From the NCBI GenBank assembly GCA_965209035.1, contig OZ242372.1, forward strand, positions 224,001 to 288,000: DNA of 64,000 nt, written 5' to 3'. Below are positions 1 to 11,736 of this stretch, piece by piece. Source of the stretch: Gammaproteobacteria bacterium. GTDB lineage: Bacteria; Pseudomonadota; Gammaproteobacteria; CBDBNL01; JAAOII01. The notes under the pieces were generated by a model. It was not told the DNA's origin and did no database searches. It was given only the letters and a program-made list of their open reading frames with translations. Both the position numbers and the translations under genes were made by a program. Positions within the stretch are counted from its first letter, which is position 1. The number at the start of each line of letters is the position of its first letter.

Positions 1-74
1 ATAACAGACGCAAATAGGATCTATGATATCCAAAATTCTAAAATTCCAAAATTAAGGATGTCCGCAGAGTATCA

Positions 75-326
75 CTAAGATGTCTTTTTTTTATCCAAAA
101 TAAGCAATACCTGTGTTCGCACCTCGGTCGACTTGCTGGCAACCGAACTTTGTTTTTCTGTTTCTTCGCGGTGGGCTGTGTAATCACAGGAAACGCATGC
201 CATCTTATCGTCTGTCTTATCCGTGAGATACAGACTGTCATTTTCACCGCAAGAAGGACAGACAGCGGCTGCGATGAAGCGACGCACCCGCCCCGTGCTC
301 GCCTTGGATCTACTTGAAATTGACAT
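75..326 (-). CDS. YheV-family putative zinc-ribbon protein
   Basis: RRFIAAAVCPSC...MACVSCDY: two CxxC pairs with the RFIAGAxCP-like start typical of YheV. Confidence 0.75.
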   Translation of the reverse strand: MSISSRSKASTGRVRRFIAAAVCPSCGENDSLYLTDKTDDKMACVSCDYTAHREETEKQSSVASKSTEVRTQVLLILDKKKTS

Positions 327-393
327 TAAAAAAATAAAAAGTGCAAAGGCTGTCCGCCATCAAAGAAAATTTTATCACCGGGCGGGTTTCGGT

Positions 394-1797
394 TTACAAC
401 GACACACTTTGGCCGACACCGAATGTTTTCCGGCCCCGCGTCCCCTTATAAATTACTTCCTTGGACTCCCGCGGCGGTAAATCGGTAAAAAGTAGCAAGA
501 GGTCATTCAGCATCCGCTCTCCTCTCCCGGTCGGTGTCAAATAATTTTCGGACAGTGCAACAAGCCCCAATTCGCTCGCTTCTTTAATTGCGTCCGTTAA
601 ATGAGCAACTGGCAGGCCGGTTCGTTCCACAAATAACCCAAGAGGAAATCCGTTAACCAGACGGAATGCGTTTAGCATGAACTCGTAAATCTTGTCTTCG
701 GTCTTTAAGAAATTGTATCCTCCCCAAAAAGGATTCGCCGGCAGATCCGAACAGAGCCCCCGCAATGTGCGGGCATCGGCAAATATCTCCGTTACCTTGC
801 GATCGGGACGACCGGTTCTCCCGGGCTGCTTGCCATCATCTGTCATACCTGCCGCCCCGATGTAAGCCGCAGGACCGCGTTTACGCCGAATACGCAGCAC
901 CCGCCCATCCGGTAAGGTTAGCTTGCTGTGTGCCCCCGCCCCCAATCCGAGGTAATCGCCAAACCGCCAATAATTAAGATTATGGCGACATTGGCTATCC
1001 GCAGAACGCGCATCCGTTTGGCGCGCAAAGGCGGAAACCTCATAACGACGAAATCCGTATTCCAGCAGGATCTCCCAACCCATACTTTCCGTTTCCGCAA
1101 GAATATCCGGGTTCGGTAAGCCCGAAGGCGGTCTGGCATAAAAAAGGGTTCCCGGTTCAAGTGTCAACTGATACCGGGACAGATGCTCTGTCCCGAGTTG
1201 GGCGGCCGTCCGCAGATCCTGTTCGGCCTGTGCGGCTGTCTGCCCCGGTAATCCGAACATCAAGTCCAGGTTGATCCGCTTAAACCCGGCCGCATCGGCA
1301 TGTTCCGCCGCCGAAAAAATATCCCGGACAGTGTGTAAGCGTCCCAATGCACTTAGATTGTGCTGATTGAAGGACTGGGCTCCTATGGAAAGGCGGTTAA
1401 TACCGCAAGCAAAATAGTCGCGAAATCGTTTTGCTTCGGCACTTCCAGGATTACTCTCCAAGGTAACTTCGGTGTCCGCGGATAACCGCCAAATACCGGC
1501 AAGTTGCTCCATAAGAACCGCATAAAATTTTCCCGATAGCAAACTTGGTGTGCCACCGCCTATAAACACACTGTGCAGCGGGCGTTCCGCCAAATAGGGG
1601 TGAGAACGGATGCTGTTTTGCAGGTCGGTTAGCAGTGCCTGTTGATACTGTTCTTCTTTGACTTCATCCGCATGGGAATTAAAGTCGCAATAGGGACATT
1701 TACTTTCGCACCAAGGAATATGAATGTAAAGACTAAGCGGAATAGGAGGCATATCCGGCGGCACTTGACCGGCGTGCCCGATCTTTTGAATATTCAT
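394..1797 (-). CDS. hemW: Radical SAM heme chaperone HemW (HemN-like)
   Basis: LYIHIPWCESKCPYCDFNS (CxxxCxxC), GGGTPS, HNLNYW motifs. Confidence 0.92.
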   Translation of the reverse strand: MNIQKIGHAGQVPPDMPPIPLSLYIHIPWCESKCPYCDFNSHADEVKEEQYQQALLTDLQNSIRSHPYLAERPLHSVFIGGGTPSLLSGKFYAVLMEQLAGIWRLSADTEVTLESNPGSAEAKRFRDYFACGINRLSIGAQSFNQHNLSALGRLHTVRDIFSAAEHADAAGFKRINLDLMFGLPGQTAAQAEQDLRTAAQLGTEHLSRYQLTLEPGTLFYARPPSGLPNPDILAETESMGWEILLEYGFRRYEVSAFARQTDARSADSQCRHNLNYWRFGDYLGLGAGAHSKLTLPDGRVLRIRRKRGPAAYIGAAGMTDDGKQPGRTGRPDRKVTEIFADARTLRGLCSDLPANPFWGGYNFLKTEDKIYEFMLNAFRLVNGFPLGLFVERTGLPVAHLTDAIKEASELGLVALSENYLTPTGRGERMLNDLLLLFTDLPPRESKEVIYKGTRGRKTFGVGQSVSL

Positions 1798-1805
1798 CCG
1801 CTAAC

Positions 1806-2168
1806 CTAAACGGAAAAAGAGGAGCCGCAACCGCAGGTTGACTTGGCATTCGGATTCTTCACCACAAAGCGTGCTCCTTCCAACCCTTCCGTATAAACCA
1901 CCTCGGCGCCTTGCAGGTATTGAATACTCATCGCATCCACCAACAAAGCCACCCCGTCTTTTTTTATTTCAACATCGTCTTCCTGACGATTTTCGTCAAA
2001 CATAAATCCGTATTGGAAACCGGAACAGCCACCGCCTGTTACAAAAAGGCGTAAAAAAATATTGGGCTTGTTTTCCATCTTAATCAGTGCTTTTGCCTTA
2101 CGCACAGCACTTTCTCCAAAAATCAACGGCACATCCGCCGTCTCCGCGGCGGGATCAAAACTATCCAC
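1806..2168 (-). CDS. erpA: Iron-sulfur cluster insertion protein ErpA
   Basis: [11 protein letters not shown] and [14 protein letters not shown] motifs. Confidence 0.92.
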   Translation of the reverse strand: MDSFDPAAETADVPLIFGESAVRKAKALIKMENKPNIFLRLFVTGGGCSGFQYGFMFDENRQEDDVEIKKDGVALLVDAMSIQYLQGAEVVYTEGLEGARFVVKNPNAKSTCGCGSSFSV

Positions 2169-2173
2169 CGACT

Positions 2174-2365
2174 TTATTTTTTGCCGGCCGTCTTTTCACA
2201 TGAATCCGGATGACTGCCACAAATCTCACATTCGCTCTCACCTGCAACACCGCCGCAAGAACCACGAAGCGGCTTCCGCCCTTTCAAAACACCCAGGGAC
2301 ATCAGAAGAACGACCGTCAGACTAACTGCCAGGGTCAAAATAAGAGTTACGAAAAAACTCAGCAT
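2174..2365 (-). CDS. nqrM: Na+-NQR maturation factor NqrM
   Basis: N-terminal TM helix followed by [11 protein letters not shown]...CEICG...C (four Cys). Confidence 0.8.
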   Translation of the reverse strand: MLSFFVTLILTLAVSLTVVLLMSLGVLKGRKPLRGSCGGVAGESECEICGSHPDSCEKTAGKK

Positions 2366-2425
2366 TTGGCTTGGATTGGGTTGGGTTGGATTAAAAGAAA
2401 ACTCTTTGCCGGAAGCGGATGTCCT

Positions 2426-3598
2426 TCAGGCTGCGTGCATCAATGCGTCTTTTTTGTCCGGTCTTTCCCAACTAAAATCGCAATCGTCACGGCCGAAATG
2501 TCCGTATGTTGCGGTGGGTCTGTAAATGGGATTGTTCAATTGCAGCATTTCTATGATACCGTCCGGTGTCAAGTTAAAATGCTCTTTTATTAATGCTTCC
2601 ATTGTTTGTTCGTCAATTTTATTCGTACCAAAGGTATTCACTGCAATAGAAACCGGTTTTATTTTCCCTATGGCATAGGATAACTGTACTTCGCAACGAT
2701 CCGCCAGCCCGGCCGCCACAAGATTCTTGGCAACATAACGGGCGGCATAGGCCGCCGAACGGTCCACCTTGCTCGGGTCCTTACCGGAAAATGCGCCGCC
2801 GCCATGCCGTGCCATGCCACCGTAAGTATCCACAATAATCTTCCGGCCGGTCAGCCCGCAATCAGCATGAGGTCCCCCCTTCACAAACTTTCCGCTCGGA
2901 TTAATATGATATTTTGTGTTTTTATGAAGAAATCTATCGGGGATGACATTGGCAATGATCTCTGCACGCACTGCTTCTTCAACATCTGTTTTCCGCCCCT
3001 CGTCGTGTTGGGTTGAAAGCACAATCGCATCCACCGCAACCGGCTTGCCGTCTTCATAGCGCACTGTGACTTGACTTTTGGCATCGGGCCCCAACCAATT
3101 TAACTCTCCGCACCGCACCTCCGCCTGTCTTTTAACCAAGCGATGGGCAAAAGCAATCGGCAGTGGCATGAAAATGGAAGGCAACAGATCTTCGTCTTCG
3201 CCTTCGCTTTCATTGGTCGCATAGCCAAACATCATCCCCTGATCGCCGGCACCCGTGCCTTTTTCCCGATCCCCGTCCACCGCATCGGATAGTTCGGATG
3301 ACTGTTCGCCCAGTGCATTGATCACACCGCAGGCATCACCGTCCATTCCATACTTTCGGTCCGTATAGCCGGCTTCTTTGATCACTCGTCTGGCAATTTC
3401 CTCCACATTGACATAACAGTCCGTTTTGATTTCACCGGCAATCACCACCAGACCGGTCTTAACCAGAGTTTCGCAGGCAACGCGCGAACGCGGGCACTGC
3501 GCGATAATTGCATCCAAAATGGCATCCGAAATTTGGTCCGCCAACTTATCCGGATGTCCTTTGGATACGGACTCCGATGTAAATGTTTTATATTCCAT
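2426..3598 (-). CDS. metK: S-adenosylmethionine synthase
   Basis: [28 protein letters not shown] motifs; start chosen at [10 protein letters not shown]. Confidence 0.97.
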   Translation of the reverse strand: MEYKTFTSESVSKGHPDKLADQISDAILDAIIAQCPRSRVACETLVKTGLVVIAGEIKTDCYVNVEEIARRVIKEAGYTDRKYGMDGDACGVINALGEQSSELSDAVDGDREKGTGAGDQGMMFGYATNESEGEDEDLLPSIFMPLPIAFAHRLVKRQAEVRCGELNWLGPDAKSQVTVRYEDGKPVAVDAIVLSTQHDEGRKTDVEEAVRAEIIANVIPDRFLHKNTKYHINPSGKFVKGGPHADCGLTGRKIIVDTYGGMARHGGGAFSGKDPSKVDRSAAYAARYVAKNLVAAGLADRCEVQLSYAIGKIKPVSIAVNTFGTNKIDEQTMEALIKEHFNLTPDGIIEMLQLNNPIYRPTATYGHFGRDDCDFSWERPDKKDALMHAA

Positions 3599-3625
3599 AA
3601 TACATGTGCATGCGCATTGCAAAAG

Positions 3626-4663
3626 TTATTTGTAAAAATGTGTCATTTGTTCCATACTCTTGACACGAATCTTTTCGGCCCAGCCGGCCGCACCAAAGGA
3701 TTCCAAACGCTGTCGGACAATCTCTTGCATCGTGTCTATGGTCTGTGCCAAGTATTTGCGCGGATCAAACTCACTTCTGTTCTTTGTCAGGTAACGCCGC
3801 AAGGTGCCGGTGACCGCCAAACGCAAGTCGGTGTCTATGTTCACTTTTCGCACCCCGTTTTTTATCCCTTCTTGAATTTCTTCCACCGGAACCCCGTATG
3901 TTTCGCGGATTTCGCCGCCGTTTTCGTTAATGATTTGCAACCACTCCTGCGGCACGGAAGAAGAACCATGCATCACCAGATGGGTATCGGGCAAGCGTTT
4001 GTGAATCTCGCGAATGCGCTCAATGGACAACACATCGCCGCTTGGCGGACGCGTAAACTTGTATGCCCCGTGACTGGTGCCTATGGCAATCGCCAGAGCA
4101 TCCACCTTGGTCTTGGCAACAAAGTCGGCGGCCTCTTCGGGGTCGGTCAACAGTTGTTCACGACTCAAAACACCTTCGGCTCCGTGCCCGTCTTCTTTGT
4201 CACTGGTGCCGGTCTCCAAGGAACCCAAGCATCCCAGTTCTCCTTCCACGGAAACGCCGCAAGCATGTGCCATTTCCGTAACCCTGCGAGTCACGCGCAC
4301 ATTGTAGTCGTAATCGGCCGGTGTCTTGGCATCTTCCAGCAGGGATCCATCCATCATCACAGAAGTGAACCCCAACTGAATGGAGCGTTGGCATGCAGCC
4401 GGCGACGCGCCGTGATCCTGATGCATACAAAGAGGAATATTGGGAAACTCCTCGGCAGCCGCCAAAATCAAATGACGCAAAAACGGCGCACCCGCATACT
4501 TACGCGCGCCCGCCGAAGCCTGAACAATCACCGGGGCGGAAACCTCGTTTGCTCCCTCCATAATTGCTCGCATTTGTTCCATGTTATTTACATTAAATGC
4601 CGGAACGCCGTAATCGTGTTCCGCAGCATGGTCCAAAAGTTGTCTAAGTGTAATAAGTGCCAT
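3626..4663 (-). CDS. fba: Class II fructose-bisphosphate aldolase
   Basis: [27 protein letters not shown] motifs. Confidence 0.95.
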   Translation of the reverse strand: MALITLRQLLDHAAEHDYGVPAFNVNNMEQMRAIMEGANEVSAPVIVQASAGARKYAGAPFLRHLILAAAEEFPNIPLCMHQDHGASPAACQRSIQLGFTSVMMDGSLLEDAKTPADYDYNVRVTRRVTEMAHACGVSVEGELGCLGSLETGTSDKEDGHGAEGVLSREQLLTDPEEAADFVAKTKVDALAIAIGTSHGAYKFTRPPSGDVLSIERIREIHKRLPDTHLVMHGSSSVPQEWLQIINENGGEIRETYGVPVEEIQEGIKNGVRKVNIDTDLRLAVTGTLRRYLTKNRSEFDPRKYLAQTIDTMQEIVRQRLESFGAAGWAEKIRVKSMEQMTHFYK

Positions 4664-4779
4664 ATCCGTATTTTATCAAAAAAAATAATTGTTTTTGATA
4701 TTGCCGGCAAATAATAAAGTGTCGGGCATAAAAACTCTTGAATCAATCATCGGGCACATCTGAACAACCCGAACAACCC

Positions 4780-6097
4780 TTACCCGGTCTCCCGATAGGT
4801 GACTTCTCCTCGTTTCATTGTCAAGAGGACGCGCCCCTTAAGCGTTTCGTTTCTTTGCGGGGTGTTGGCGGCAATCTTATCTCGGCCGGCTGAATTCCCC
4901 GGTGTCCCCGGTATCCACAGCGATTCGGCATCAAACACCGCGATGTTCGCCGGCTCCCCCTCTTGCAGTAGCCCGCCTTTGATCCCCAAGATTTCAGCCG
5001 GCCGCCCCGCCAACAGACGCGGTAAATCTTGCAATCGCAATCGCTGTTGACGAACTTGTTCCAGTAAGAGAGGAAGAACCACGGAGAACTTGTTCCAGTA
5101 AGAGAGGAAGAACCACGGAGCGCGTGGCAAGCCCGGCACGCGCATTTTGTAACGGCATTTGCAGATCATCTTCCACCCGGGTATAGTGCATGCTGCCGAT
5201 GGCATCGGTTCCGGACAGAGCATTCCAAAGTTGAACGCGCATCTCTTCGCTGCGCAGGGGTGGCTCCGTATAGTAGGTGTTGTCGTAATCGTAGAGTTTT
5301 TCTTCGCAGAAACACAGATGCGCCAACGAAACATCCCGACTCACCGGCGCGTCGGCGAGTAATTTCAAACTTTCCGCACAACTCAGCCCGCCAAAATGAG
5401 TGCGCACACCGGCCGCCCGAACAAGCATTAAATGGCGTTGCACCGCCAAAGTTTCTGCCAGCGGCGATGCGGCCGGCAAACCGGTCCGCCAGGCAGCCGC
5501 ACCGGTAGTTACAAAACCATATCCCAGATAGCGATCCACCGGCCAAACGATCAAGAGACCTCCCACCGACTGCAGGTATTCGTAACAGTTTAGAATAATG
5601 CGGTTATTATCCGGATGATTTCTGCCTTGGCTAAAAGCGACGGCACCGGCAAGATGCAGTTTGTTTAGTTTGTTCATTAATACCTTACCATCGGTTTCAC
5701 CCAGCAAGGATGCCACAGGCAATAACTCGGTTTGTTCGCTCTGCTGACGCAACCAAAGAACATGCTCCGACTTGTCAAGGGGAAGATCCTTGTGCGGAAA
5801 ACAAAGAAGATGGGTATAGCCGCCGAGTGCCGCTTCGGCCTGTTCGGCCATGAGTTGTTGCTTGTCACTGCCGACCCAACCGAACATATCAATAAACGAA
5901 GGAGCAATATAACGCTCGCCGTAATTCAAAACTTCGGCACTCTTGTCCGGACAGGGTTCATTGGGTCCCAACACCTTGTTAATCACTCCGTTCAAAATAT
6001 ACAAGCCACCCGGTTCTCCGCCACACCGGTCGGCATCCAACAAAAGTCCGAACAAACAGAAGGCATTTCCTGTTTTTTTTGCTGCCGTCATCCCCAT
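4780..6097 (-). pseudogene. pyrC: Dihydroorotase-like PyrC' (probably the non-catalytic ATCase partner), frameshifted by a 34-bp tandem duplication
   Basis: Amidohydrolase-like sequence directly after pyrB. The HxH metal motif is replaced (FIDMFG). The N-terminal part is in ORF 4994..6097 and the C-terminal part (RPAEILG...NTP...LKGRVLLT) is in the frame of ORF 4780..5334. Exact duplication at 5053-5086/5087-5120. Confidence 0.8.
5053..5120. repeat. Exact 34-bp tandem duplication (2 copies)
   Basis: aacttgttccagtaagagaggaagaaccacggag twice, head to tail. Confidence 0.95.
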
Positions 6098-7038
6098 ACC
6101 TGTTTGCGATACTTGGTGTGCAACAAAGATAAAAATATGGCCATTCTGGCATAAATACCGTATTCCACCTGTTTAAGAATCAAAGAGCGGCTGCTGTCCG
6201 CCACGCGCGAACTAATTTCCATACCCCGATTGAACGGGCCCGGGTGCATAATCAGGACCTTGTCATTTGCCAGGCGCAATCGCTCCTCGGACAGACCGTA
6301 AAGAGTATAAAATTCGCGCCCCGGCGGCAAGCAAATACTCCGCATGCGTTCTTGCTGCAAGCGTAGCATCATGATGACATCCGCATCCTTAAGGCTTTCT
6401 TTCATATCGCGAAAAACGCGCAGTCCCTCCGCTTCCAAGTAATCCGGCACAAGTGTCCGGGGACCCACCAACAACAGTTCGCCGAAGCCCAATTTGCGTA
6501 AAGCAAAAATAAACGAACGTGCCACACGGGAATGCAGCACATCGCCGACTATCACCGTCTTAAGTTTCCTTGTGTCGCCGCGATGTAACCGAACAGTTAA
6601 CAGGTCCAGCAAGGCTTGACTCGGATGTTCGTGATAACCGTCGCCGGCATTCACCAGAGGGATATGAATTCGGCGCATGAGTTGGCGAACAACACCCGCA
6701 GCGGGATGACGCACCACAAACAAATCCGTGCACATGGACTGCAGGGTGAGAAAAGTATCCAACAAAATTTCGCCTTTTTCTTCGGATGAACCGCTCGGGG
6801 TAAAATCCAAAACATCCGCGCCCAGGTTCCGGGCGGCGATACTGAAACTCGCGCGCGTCCGGGTGCTCGGCTCATAAAACAAATTAACGATCGTGCGCCC
6901 GAGTAACAGATCCTTGTAAGCAGTTAAGGATTTTTTTTGTTTAACCAGCGTCTCGGCAAGATCTAACAGGGCATTGAGCTGTTTTGCCGAAATATCCGCA
7001 ATACCCGCAAAATGATGCGATCGTGCTCCTTTTGGCAT
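6088..7038 (-). CDS. pyrB: Aspartate carbamoyltransferase catalytic subunit
   Basis: FYEPSTRTRASF, NAGDG..HPSQALLD, MHPGP motifs. Confidence 0.96.
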   Translation of the reverse strand: MPKGARSHHFAGIADISAKQLNALLDLAETLVKQKKSLTAYKDLLLGRTIVNLFYEPSTRTRASFSIAARNLGADVLDFTPSGSSEEKGEILLDTFLTLQSMCTDLFVVRHPAAGVVRQLMRRIHIPLVNAGDGYHEHPSQALLDLLTVRLHRGDTRKLKTVIVGDVLHSRVARSFIFALRKLGFGELLLVGPRTLVPDYLEAEGLRVFRDMKESLKDADVIMMLRLQQERMRSICLPPGREFYTLYGLSEERLRLANDKVLIMHPGPFNRGMEISSRVADSSRSLILKQVEYGIYARMAIFLSLLHTKYRKQVWG

Positions 7039-7049
7039 CTCGGTATTTA

Positions 7050-7526
7050 TCAGTGCTTCGCCGATACTTCCTCGTCCCGGGGAAACGCAGTTTGCAGCCA
7101 GGCACAGAGAAGTGCCTGAGCAACCCGACTATCCGCGGCGGCCTGATCGGCAGCCGCCCGAACACGGGGTTCTCCCGGCAGTCTCGCTTCCGAACAAGTA
7201 TCTTCCAAACTGCGACTGCTCAGCCTCTCGTCAACAAAATAACAGGACCGGGAGTAATGACGGTTAAGATACCCGGCAAAAGAGCGCACCCGTTTTGCAA
7301 TATTGATGCAATGATCTCCGTCGGGTAAGGCCGGCATCCCCAACACAAACCCCGTCGGCTGCCATTCGGCGATCAAACTATCCAATTGTGTTTTGTCCGC
7401 TTTGTTATTCTTCATCCCAAGCGGTGCGAGTGGCATGGCGGTGCCGGTTACAGACTGACCTACCGCAACTCCCGTGCGCACAGTCCCGTAATCAAAAGCC
7501 AGGAAAACAGGATGCGCATCCTTCAT
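7050..7526 (-). CDS. ruvX: YqgF/RuvX family nuclease (pre-16S rRNA processing)
   Basis: LAFDYGTVRTGVAVG, VDERLSS motifs; conserved position before pyrB; start moved to MKDAHP. Confidence 0.9.
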   Translation of the reverse strand: MKDAHPVFLAFDYGTVRTGVAVGQSVTGTAMPLAPLGMKNNKADKTQLDSLIAEWQPTGFVLGMPALPDGDHCINIAKRVRSFAGYLNRHYSRSCYFVDERLSSRSLEDTCSEARLPGEPRVRAAADQAAADSRVAQALLCAWLQTAFPRDEEVSAKH

Positions 7527-7572
7527 TTTTTTTGGCAGAATTCTTGGTGATAAAACGGTAATTTTCCGGGAC

Positions 7573-8379
7573 TCATATGTCCCCGTCCGTATCGGGTGTT
7601 CTTGCCCCGGTCTTTTCCAAAGGTGCCGAGCTCCTACTCCTGTCGGTAAAGCGTGAGTCAAACAGTTGTTGTGCCCATACCGCATGCTCGTCCAGTTCCA
7701 AACTCCGATAGGCATCCGTCAACAATTCCAACGCATCCGCAACAGCCGGTGCCCGCGGATAATTGCGAATAACATAAAGACCATGGTTCACCGCCGCAAC
7801 ATAGGCTTTGCGAGAGTAATAAAATCGCGCCGTTTTCAGATCATCCGCCGCCAAAGCATTGCGGATATGACGCATATGTGCCCGGGCTTCCGCCGTCCAT
7901 TCGCTGTTCGGATATTCACTCGTGAGACGCTTGAAACCCAGAAATGCTTCTTTAAAGTTTTGCATATCCCGTTCATTAAACCGATCAAGCAAAGTGGTGC
8001 CGTCGGCATATTGTGAACGAGCAAGCATATAGTATGCAAATTCTCTCTGATCGGCGGCCGGATAAAAAGCGATGAAATCTTTTGCACTATCCGCCGCATC
8101 GCCATATTCGCCAAGACCGTAATGGGCACTGACAATTTGTAACTTGGCGGGTTGCACATAGTTGCTGAGCGGATACAAAAATTCTATCTGTTGAAACTCG
8201 GTAACCGCGGATTCGTAGTTTGCGGCTTGCATTTGTCGCAGGCCGCGTTCATAATATTCTTCCGCACTGAACACCTGTTCTTGTTGGCTCGCACAAGATA
8301 CCATTAATGGAAATATTAATAGGAAGCTTAATGGAAAAACTAAAATGTAAAAAAAACTTTGGGCTCGCAACATAATCAT
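7573..8379 (-). CDS. bamD: Outer membrane protein assembly lipoprotein BamD
   Basis: Lipobox (VSC), TPR-like helices, ARFYYSRKAYVAAVN motif. Confidence 0.9.
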   Translation of the reverse strand: MIMLRAQSFFYILVFPLSFLLIFPLMVSCASQQEQVFSAEEYYERGLRQMQAANYESAVTEFQQIEFLYPLSNYVQPAKLQIVSAHYGLGEYGDAADSAKDFIAFYPAADQREFAYYMLARSQYADGTTLLDRFNERDMQNFKEAFLGFKRLTSEYPNSEWTAEARAHMRHIRNALAADDLKTARFYYSRKAYVAAVNHGLYVIRNYPRAPAVADALELLTDAYRSLELDEHAVWAQQLFDSRFTDRSRSSAPLEKTGARTPDTDGDI

Positions 8380-8417
8380 TCTATTTTAATCCAAAACTTC
8401 AACCGGATGCCGGGCAC

Positions 8418-9161
8418 TTACCGGGCACTGTCGTCGGTTTTCATCAAACTCGTGATTTCTATGCGCAGCAGATCCTTTTTGTTGCGGTTTTCCATGGCCG
8501 CTATGTAATATCCGCTTTTTGCCACCCACATTTTTAGCGAGCGGTCGTGCCGTTTTTCTTTCTTGCGGATCACATAGCAATCTATTTCACCAAGCGGCAG
8601 GCTCACGGTTTCTTCGCCGATCAGTGTAAAATTGTAGATTTTTTGATCATCCGCATGATAAAAAGACCATTCCCCGATATTTCCCTTTGTATATTCAATA
8701 TCGCGCAGCATGCGTAACACCACAGTCATCGCATCGTAATAAACTCCCGTATCCGGCGGCGCCATCTTTATTTTTTTCCTAACCGGAATGCCCAAATAGG
8801 TCGTTCGCTTTTTTCTGTATCGGGGAATCGCCACAAGTTCTTCATCCGGTGAAAATACAACCCATTCGCGCGAACGAATGAGTGTGTTCTTACTTTTAAA
8901 TCCCAAAGTAAACGCGGATTCTTCGCCGTTGAGGACCAATCGGTAATAACCGGTTCCTCTGTAAACCTTTTTCTTATGTTGATAGGTGATATCATATTCC
9001 CAATAAAACGGCTCGGGTATTTCCGCCCGAATAACAGCGGAGCAAAGCAAAATAAGTCCCGTAAAAAGAACCAAACTGGCCTGCTTACGACTGATAAAAG
9101 TTTGAATTAACTTCAAGAATTGAAGTACCTCCAAGCATGCATCTGTGAAAACTTTAAACAA
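8418..9161 (-). CDS. Exported hypothetical protein (DUF3108-like); true start probably downstream
   Basis: Signal-like hydrophobic stretch; GEETVSLPLGEIDCYVI...MWVA motif resembles DUF3108. Confidence 0.55.
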   Translation of the reverse strand: MFKVFTDACLEVLQFLKLIQTFISRKQASLVLFTGLILLCSAVIRAEIPEPFYWEYDITYQHKKKVYRGTGYYRLVLNGEESAFTLGFKSKNTLIRSREWVVFSPDEELVAIPRYRKKRTTYLGIPVRKKIKMAPPDTGVYYDAMTVVLRMLRDIEYTKGNIGEWSFYHADDQKIYNFTLIGEETVSLPLGEIDCYVIRKKEKRHDRSLKMWVAKSGYYIAAMENRNKKDLLRIEITSLMKTDDSAR

Positions 9162-9185
9162 CGATACAACGGCGACCTGCCCCGG

Positions 9186-10406
9186 CTAGCCGCCAAAATC
9201 ATCAAAAGCAATATTTTCCGGTTCCACTCCCAGATCCGCCAGCATTGCTTTTACCGCGTCGATCATTAAGGGTGGGCCGCAAAGATAGTATTCTATATCT
9301 TCGGGCGCCGGATGATCTTTTAAGTAGTTTTGATAAACAACTTGGTGAATAAACCCCCGATACCCTTTCCAATGGTCTTCCGGCAAGGGGTCTGACATTG
9401 CAACATTCCAAGAAAAATTGGAATGTTTTTTCTCCAGTTCTTCAAACTCGCCTTGGTAAAACAGTTCGCGCAGACTACGCGCCCCATACCAATAACTAAT
9501 TTTGCGGTTGGAATGGCATCGCTTAAGCAGATCAAAAACATGCGAACGCAAGGGTGCCATACCGGCTCCCCCTCCTATATACACCATTTCCCGTTGCGTC
9601 TCCTTGACAAAGAAATCACCAAAAGGACCGAATACCGTCAGTTTGTCGCCGGGCTTTAAATTAAATGTATAAGAAGAAACCTGACCCGGCGGAAAGGAAC
9701 TGTTGGGCGGAGGGGTTGCTATGCGGATATTGAACTTAAGAATACCCTTTTCCTCCGGGTAGTTTGCCATAGAATAAGCACGCACGACGGTTGCATTCGT
9801 TTGCGATTTTATATCCCAAAATGAGAATCTGTCCCAATCGGCGCGAAATTTGTCTTCGACATCAAAAGTTCGGAAAGATAAACTGTGCGGCGGGATCTCC
9901 ATCTGAATAAACCCGCCCGCTTGAAAATCCACATCCTCGCCCGCCGGAAGTTTGAGCGCCAATTCTTTAATAAAGGTTGCAACATTTCGGTTGGAAATGA
10001 CCTCACACTCCCATTTTTTCACCCCAAATACTTCCGCAGGCACCAGTATTTTCATATCCCGTTTGACCGGTGTCTGGCAAGACAAACGCCATCCTTGTTT
10101 AATCTCCGCAAGCGTAAAATGCCCTTCTTCTATGGGCAAGATGGACCCGCCGCCTTCGTTAACGATGCATTTGCATTGCGCACAGGTACCACCGCCGCCG
10201 CAAGCCGAGGATAAAAAGATGTTTGCCTCTGCCAATGTAGAGAGTAACTTCCCGCCTGTTTGTGTGATCAGGGAATGGTCGGGATTGTCGTTGATTTCTA
10301 TGGAAATCTCTCCCAGACTGACCAGCATTCGCCGTGCGATCAATATTACAAACACCAGGGCAAGAACGATGCCGGTAAAAAAACCTACGCCGAGATAGAT
10401 CTCCAC
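9186..10406 (-). CDS. nqrF: Na+-translocating NADH:quinone reductase subunit F
   Basis: [12 protein letters not shown] 2Fe-2S motif, [24 protein letters not shown]-terminus. Confidence 0.97.
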   Translation of the reverse strand: MEIYLGVGFFTGIVLALVFVILIARRMLVSLGEISIEINDNPDHSLITQTGGKLLSTLAEANIFLSSACGGGGTCAQCKCIVNEGGGSILPIEEGHFTLAEIKQGWRLSCQTPVKRDMKILVPAEVFGVKKWECEVISNRNVATFIKELALKLPAGEDVDFQAGGFIQMEIPPHSLSFRTFDVEDKFRADWDRFSFWDIKSQTNATVVRAYSMANYPEEKGILKFNIRIATPPPNSSFPPGQVSSYTFNLKPGDKLTVFGPFGDFFVKETQREMVYIGGGAGMAPLRSHVFDLLKRCHSNRKISYWYGARSLRELFYQGEFEELEKKHSNFSWNVAMSDPLPEDHWKGYRGFIHQVVYQNYLKDHPAPEDIEYYLCGPPLMIDAVKAMLADLGVEPENIAFDDFGG

Positions 10407-10438
10407 TCTCTGAAAATAAAGGGTTGTTGTTGCTTCTT

Positions 10439-11050
10439 TTAAAGTTGGATACCGGCAAAAGCCATAAATCCCAGAGACATCAAACCGACAATCATAAATG
10501 TGATGCCCAAACCTTGCAGGCCTGCGGGAACATCACTGTACTTTAATTTTTCGCGAATCGCCGCAAGAGCCATAATTGCGAGAGCCCAGCCGCCGCCCGA
10601 ACCCACTCCGTAAACTACACTTTCACCAAAAGAGTAGTCCCGTTCCACCATAAAAAGAGTCCCGCCTAAGATGGCACAGTTAACGGTAATCAGCGGCAAG
10701 TAAATTCCGAGAGCGTTATAAAGAGCCGGCACATACTTATCCAAAAACATCTCCATAATTTGAACAATGGCAGCAATCACACCGATGTAACTCAAGTAAC
10801 CCAAAAAACTGAGATTCACTTCCGGCAGCCCCAACCAAGCAAGAGCGCCGTCTCGCAGCAAATAATTGTAAATCAGGTTATTCACCGGCACAGTAACTGT
10901 TTGCACCACCACCACCGCAATCCCAAGTCCTATGGCGGCGGGAATTTTTTTGGAAATGGCAATAAAAGTGCACATCCCAAGAAAAAATGCCAATGCCATG
11001 TTCTCCACGAACATGGAGCGCAGCAGTAAACTCAGATAAGCTTCAAACAT
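10439..11050 (-). CDS. nqrE: Na+-NQR subunit E
   Basis: [34 protein letters not shown] motifs. Confidence 0.96.
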   Translation of the reverse strand: MFEAYLSLLLRSMFVENMALAFFLGMCTFIAISKKIPAAIGLGIAVVVVQTVTVPVNNLIYNYLLRDGALAWLGLPEVNLSFLGYLSYIGVIAAIVQIMEMFLDKYVPALYNALGIYLPLITVNCAILGGTLFMVERDYSFGESVVYGVGSGGGWALAIMALAAIREKLKYSDVPAGLQGLGITFMIVGLMSLGFMAFAGIQL

Positions 11051-11714
11051 TCCCGCCGACTTCCCGATGTCCGGTCTGCGGCAGCATCTCAAACTCGTCC
11101 TGTTCCGCTTGATCCGTTTTGAAAATGCGCAGCAACCAGATGAAACCGCCGATAATAAAAAAGGCACTGGGTGGCAACAGCATCAGACCGTTTGGAACAT
11201 ACCAACCGCCTTCGCGACTGAGCGCCAGTAATTGCATATCAAGCAAAGAGCCACTGCCCAAAAGTTCGCGCACAATTGCAACCGCTATAAGAAGAACGCT
11301 ATATCCAAGCCCGTTACCCACACCGTCTAAAAAACTCAAACCGGGCGGGTTTTGCATGGCAAACCCCTCGGCGCGCCCCATCACAATGCAGTTTGTAATG
11401 ATGAGACCGACAAAAACCGAAAGTTGCTTGCTAATTTCATAGGCATATGCTTTGAGAATTTGATCCACCACAATGACCAAAGACGCAATGATCGTCATTT
11501 GGATGATGATGCGAATACTGGAAGGGATCTGTTTGCGAATGACGGAAACGAAAAAATTTGACAGGGCTGTTACAAAAATCACGGCGATACACATCACCAG
11601 CGTAACGCGCAAACTGCCGGTAACTGCCAATGCCGAGCATATACCCAGAACTTGCAGCCCGATCGGATTATTATTGAATACCGGGTCAAAAAGAATATCT
11701 CTTGGTTTTGTCAT
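11043..11714 (-). CDS. nqrD: Na+-NQR subunit D
   Basis: [31 protein letters not shown] motifs. Confidence 0.96.
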   Translation of the reverse strand: MTKPRDILFDPVFNNNPIGLQVLGICSALAVTGSLRVTLVMCIAVIFVTALSNFFVSVIRKQIPSSIRIIIQMTIIASLVIVVDQILKAYAYEISKQLSVFVGLIITNCIVMGRAEGFAMQNPPGLSFLDGVGNGLGYSVLLIAVAIVRELLGSGSLLDMQLLALSREGGWYVPNGLMLLPPSAFFIIGGFIWLLRIFKTDQAEQDEFEMLPQTGHREVGGNV

Positions 11715-11736
11715 GATTGTTTGTATTTTTTCGCGG

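Noticed and set aside
3626-4663. Calvin cycle (cbbA) inference
   Set aside because: This aldolase subtype is common in heterotrophic proteobacteria, and no RuBisCO or prk gene is in the window.
3533-4714. 393-aa + strand ORF, and similar long antisense ORFs (52072..52851, 56874..57656, 12980..13567, 63309..63851)
   Set aside because: Antisense shadows of well-supported genes (fba, iolC, permease, nqrC, birA).
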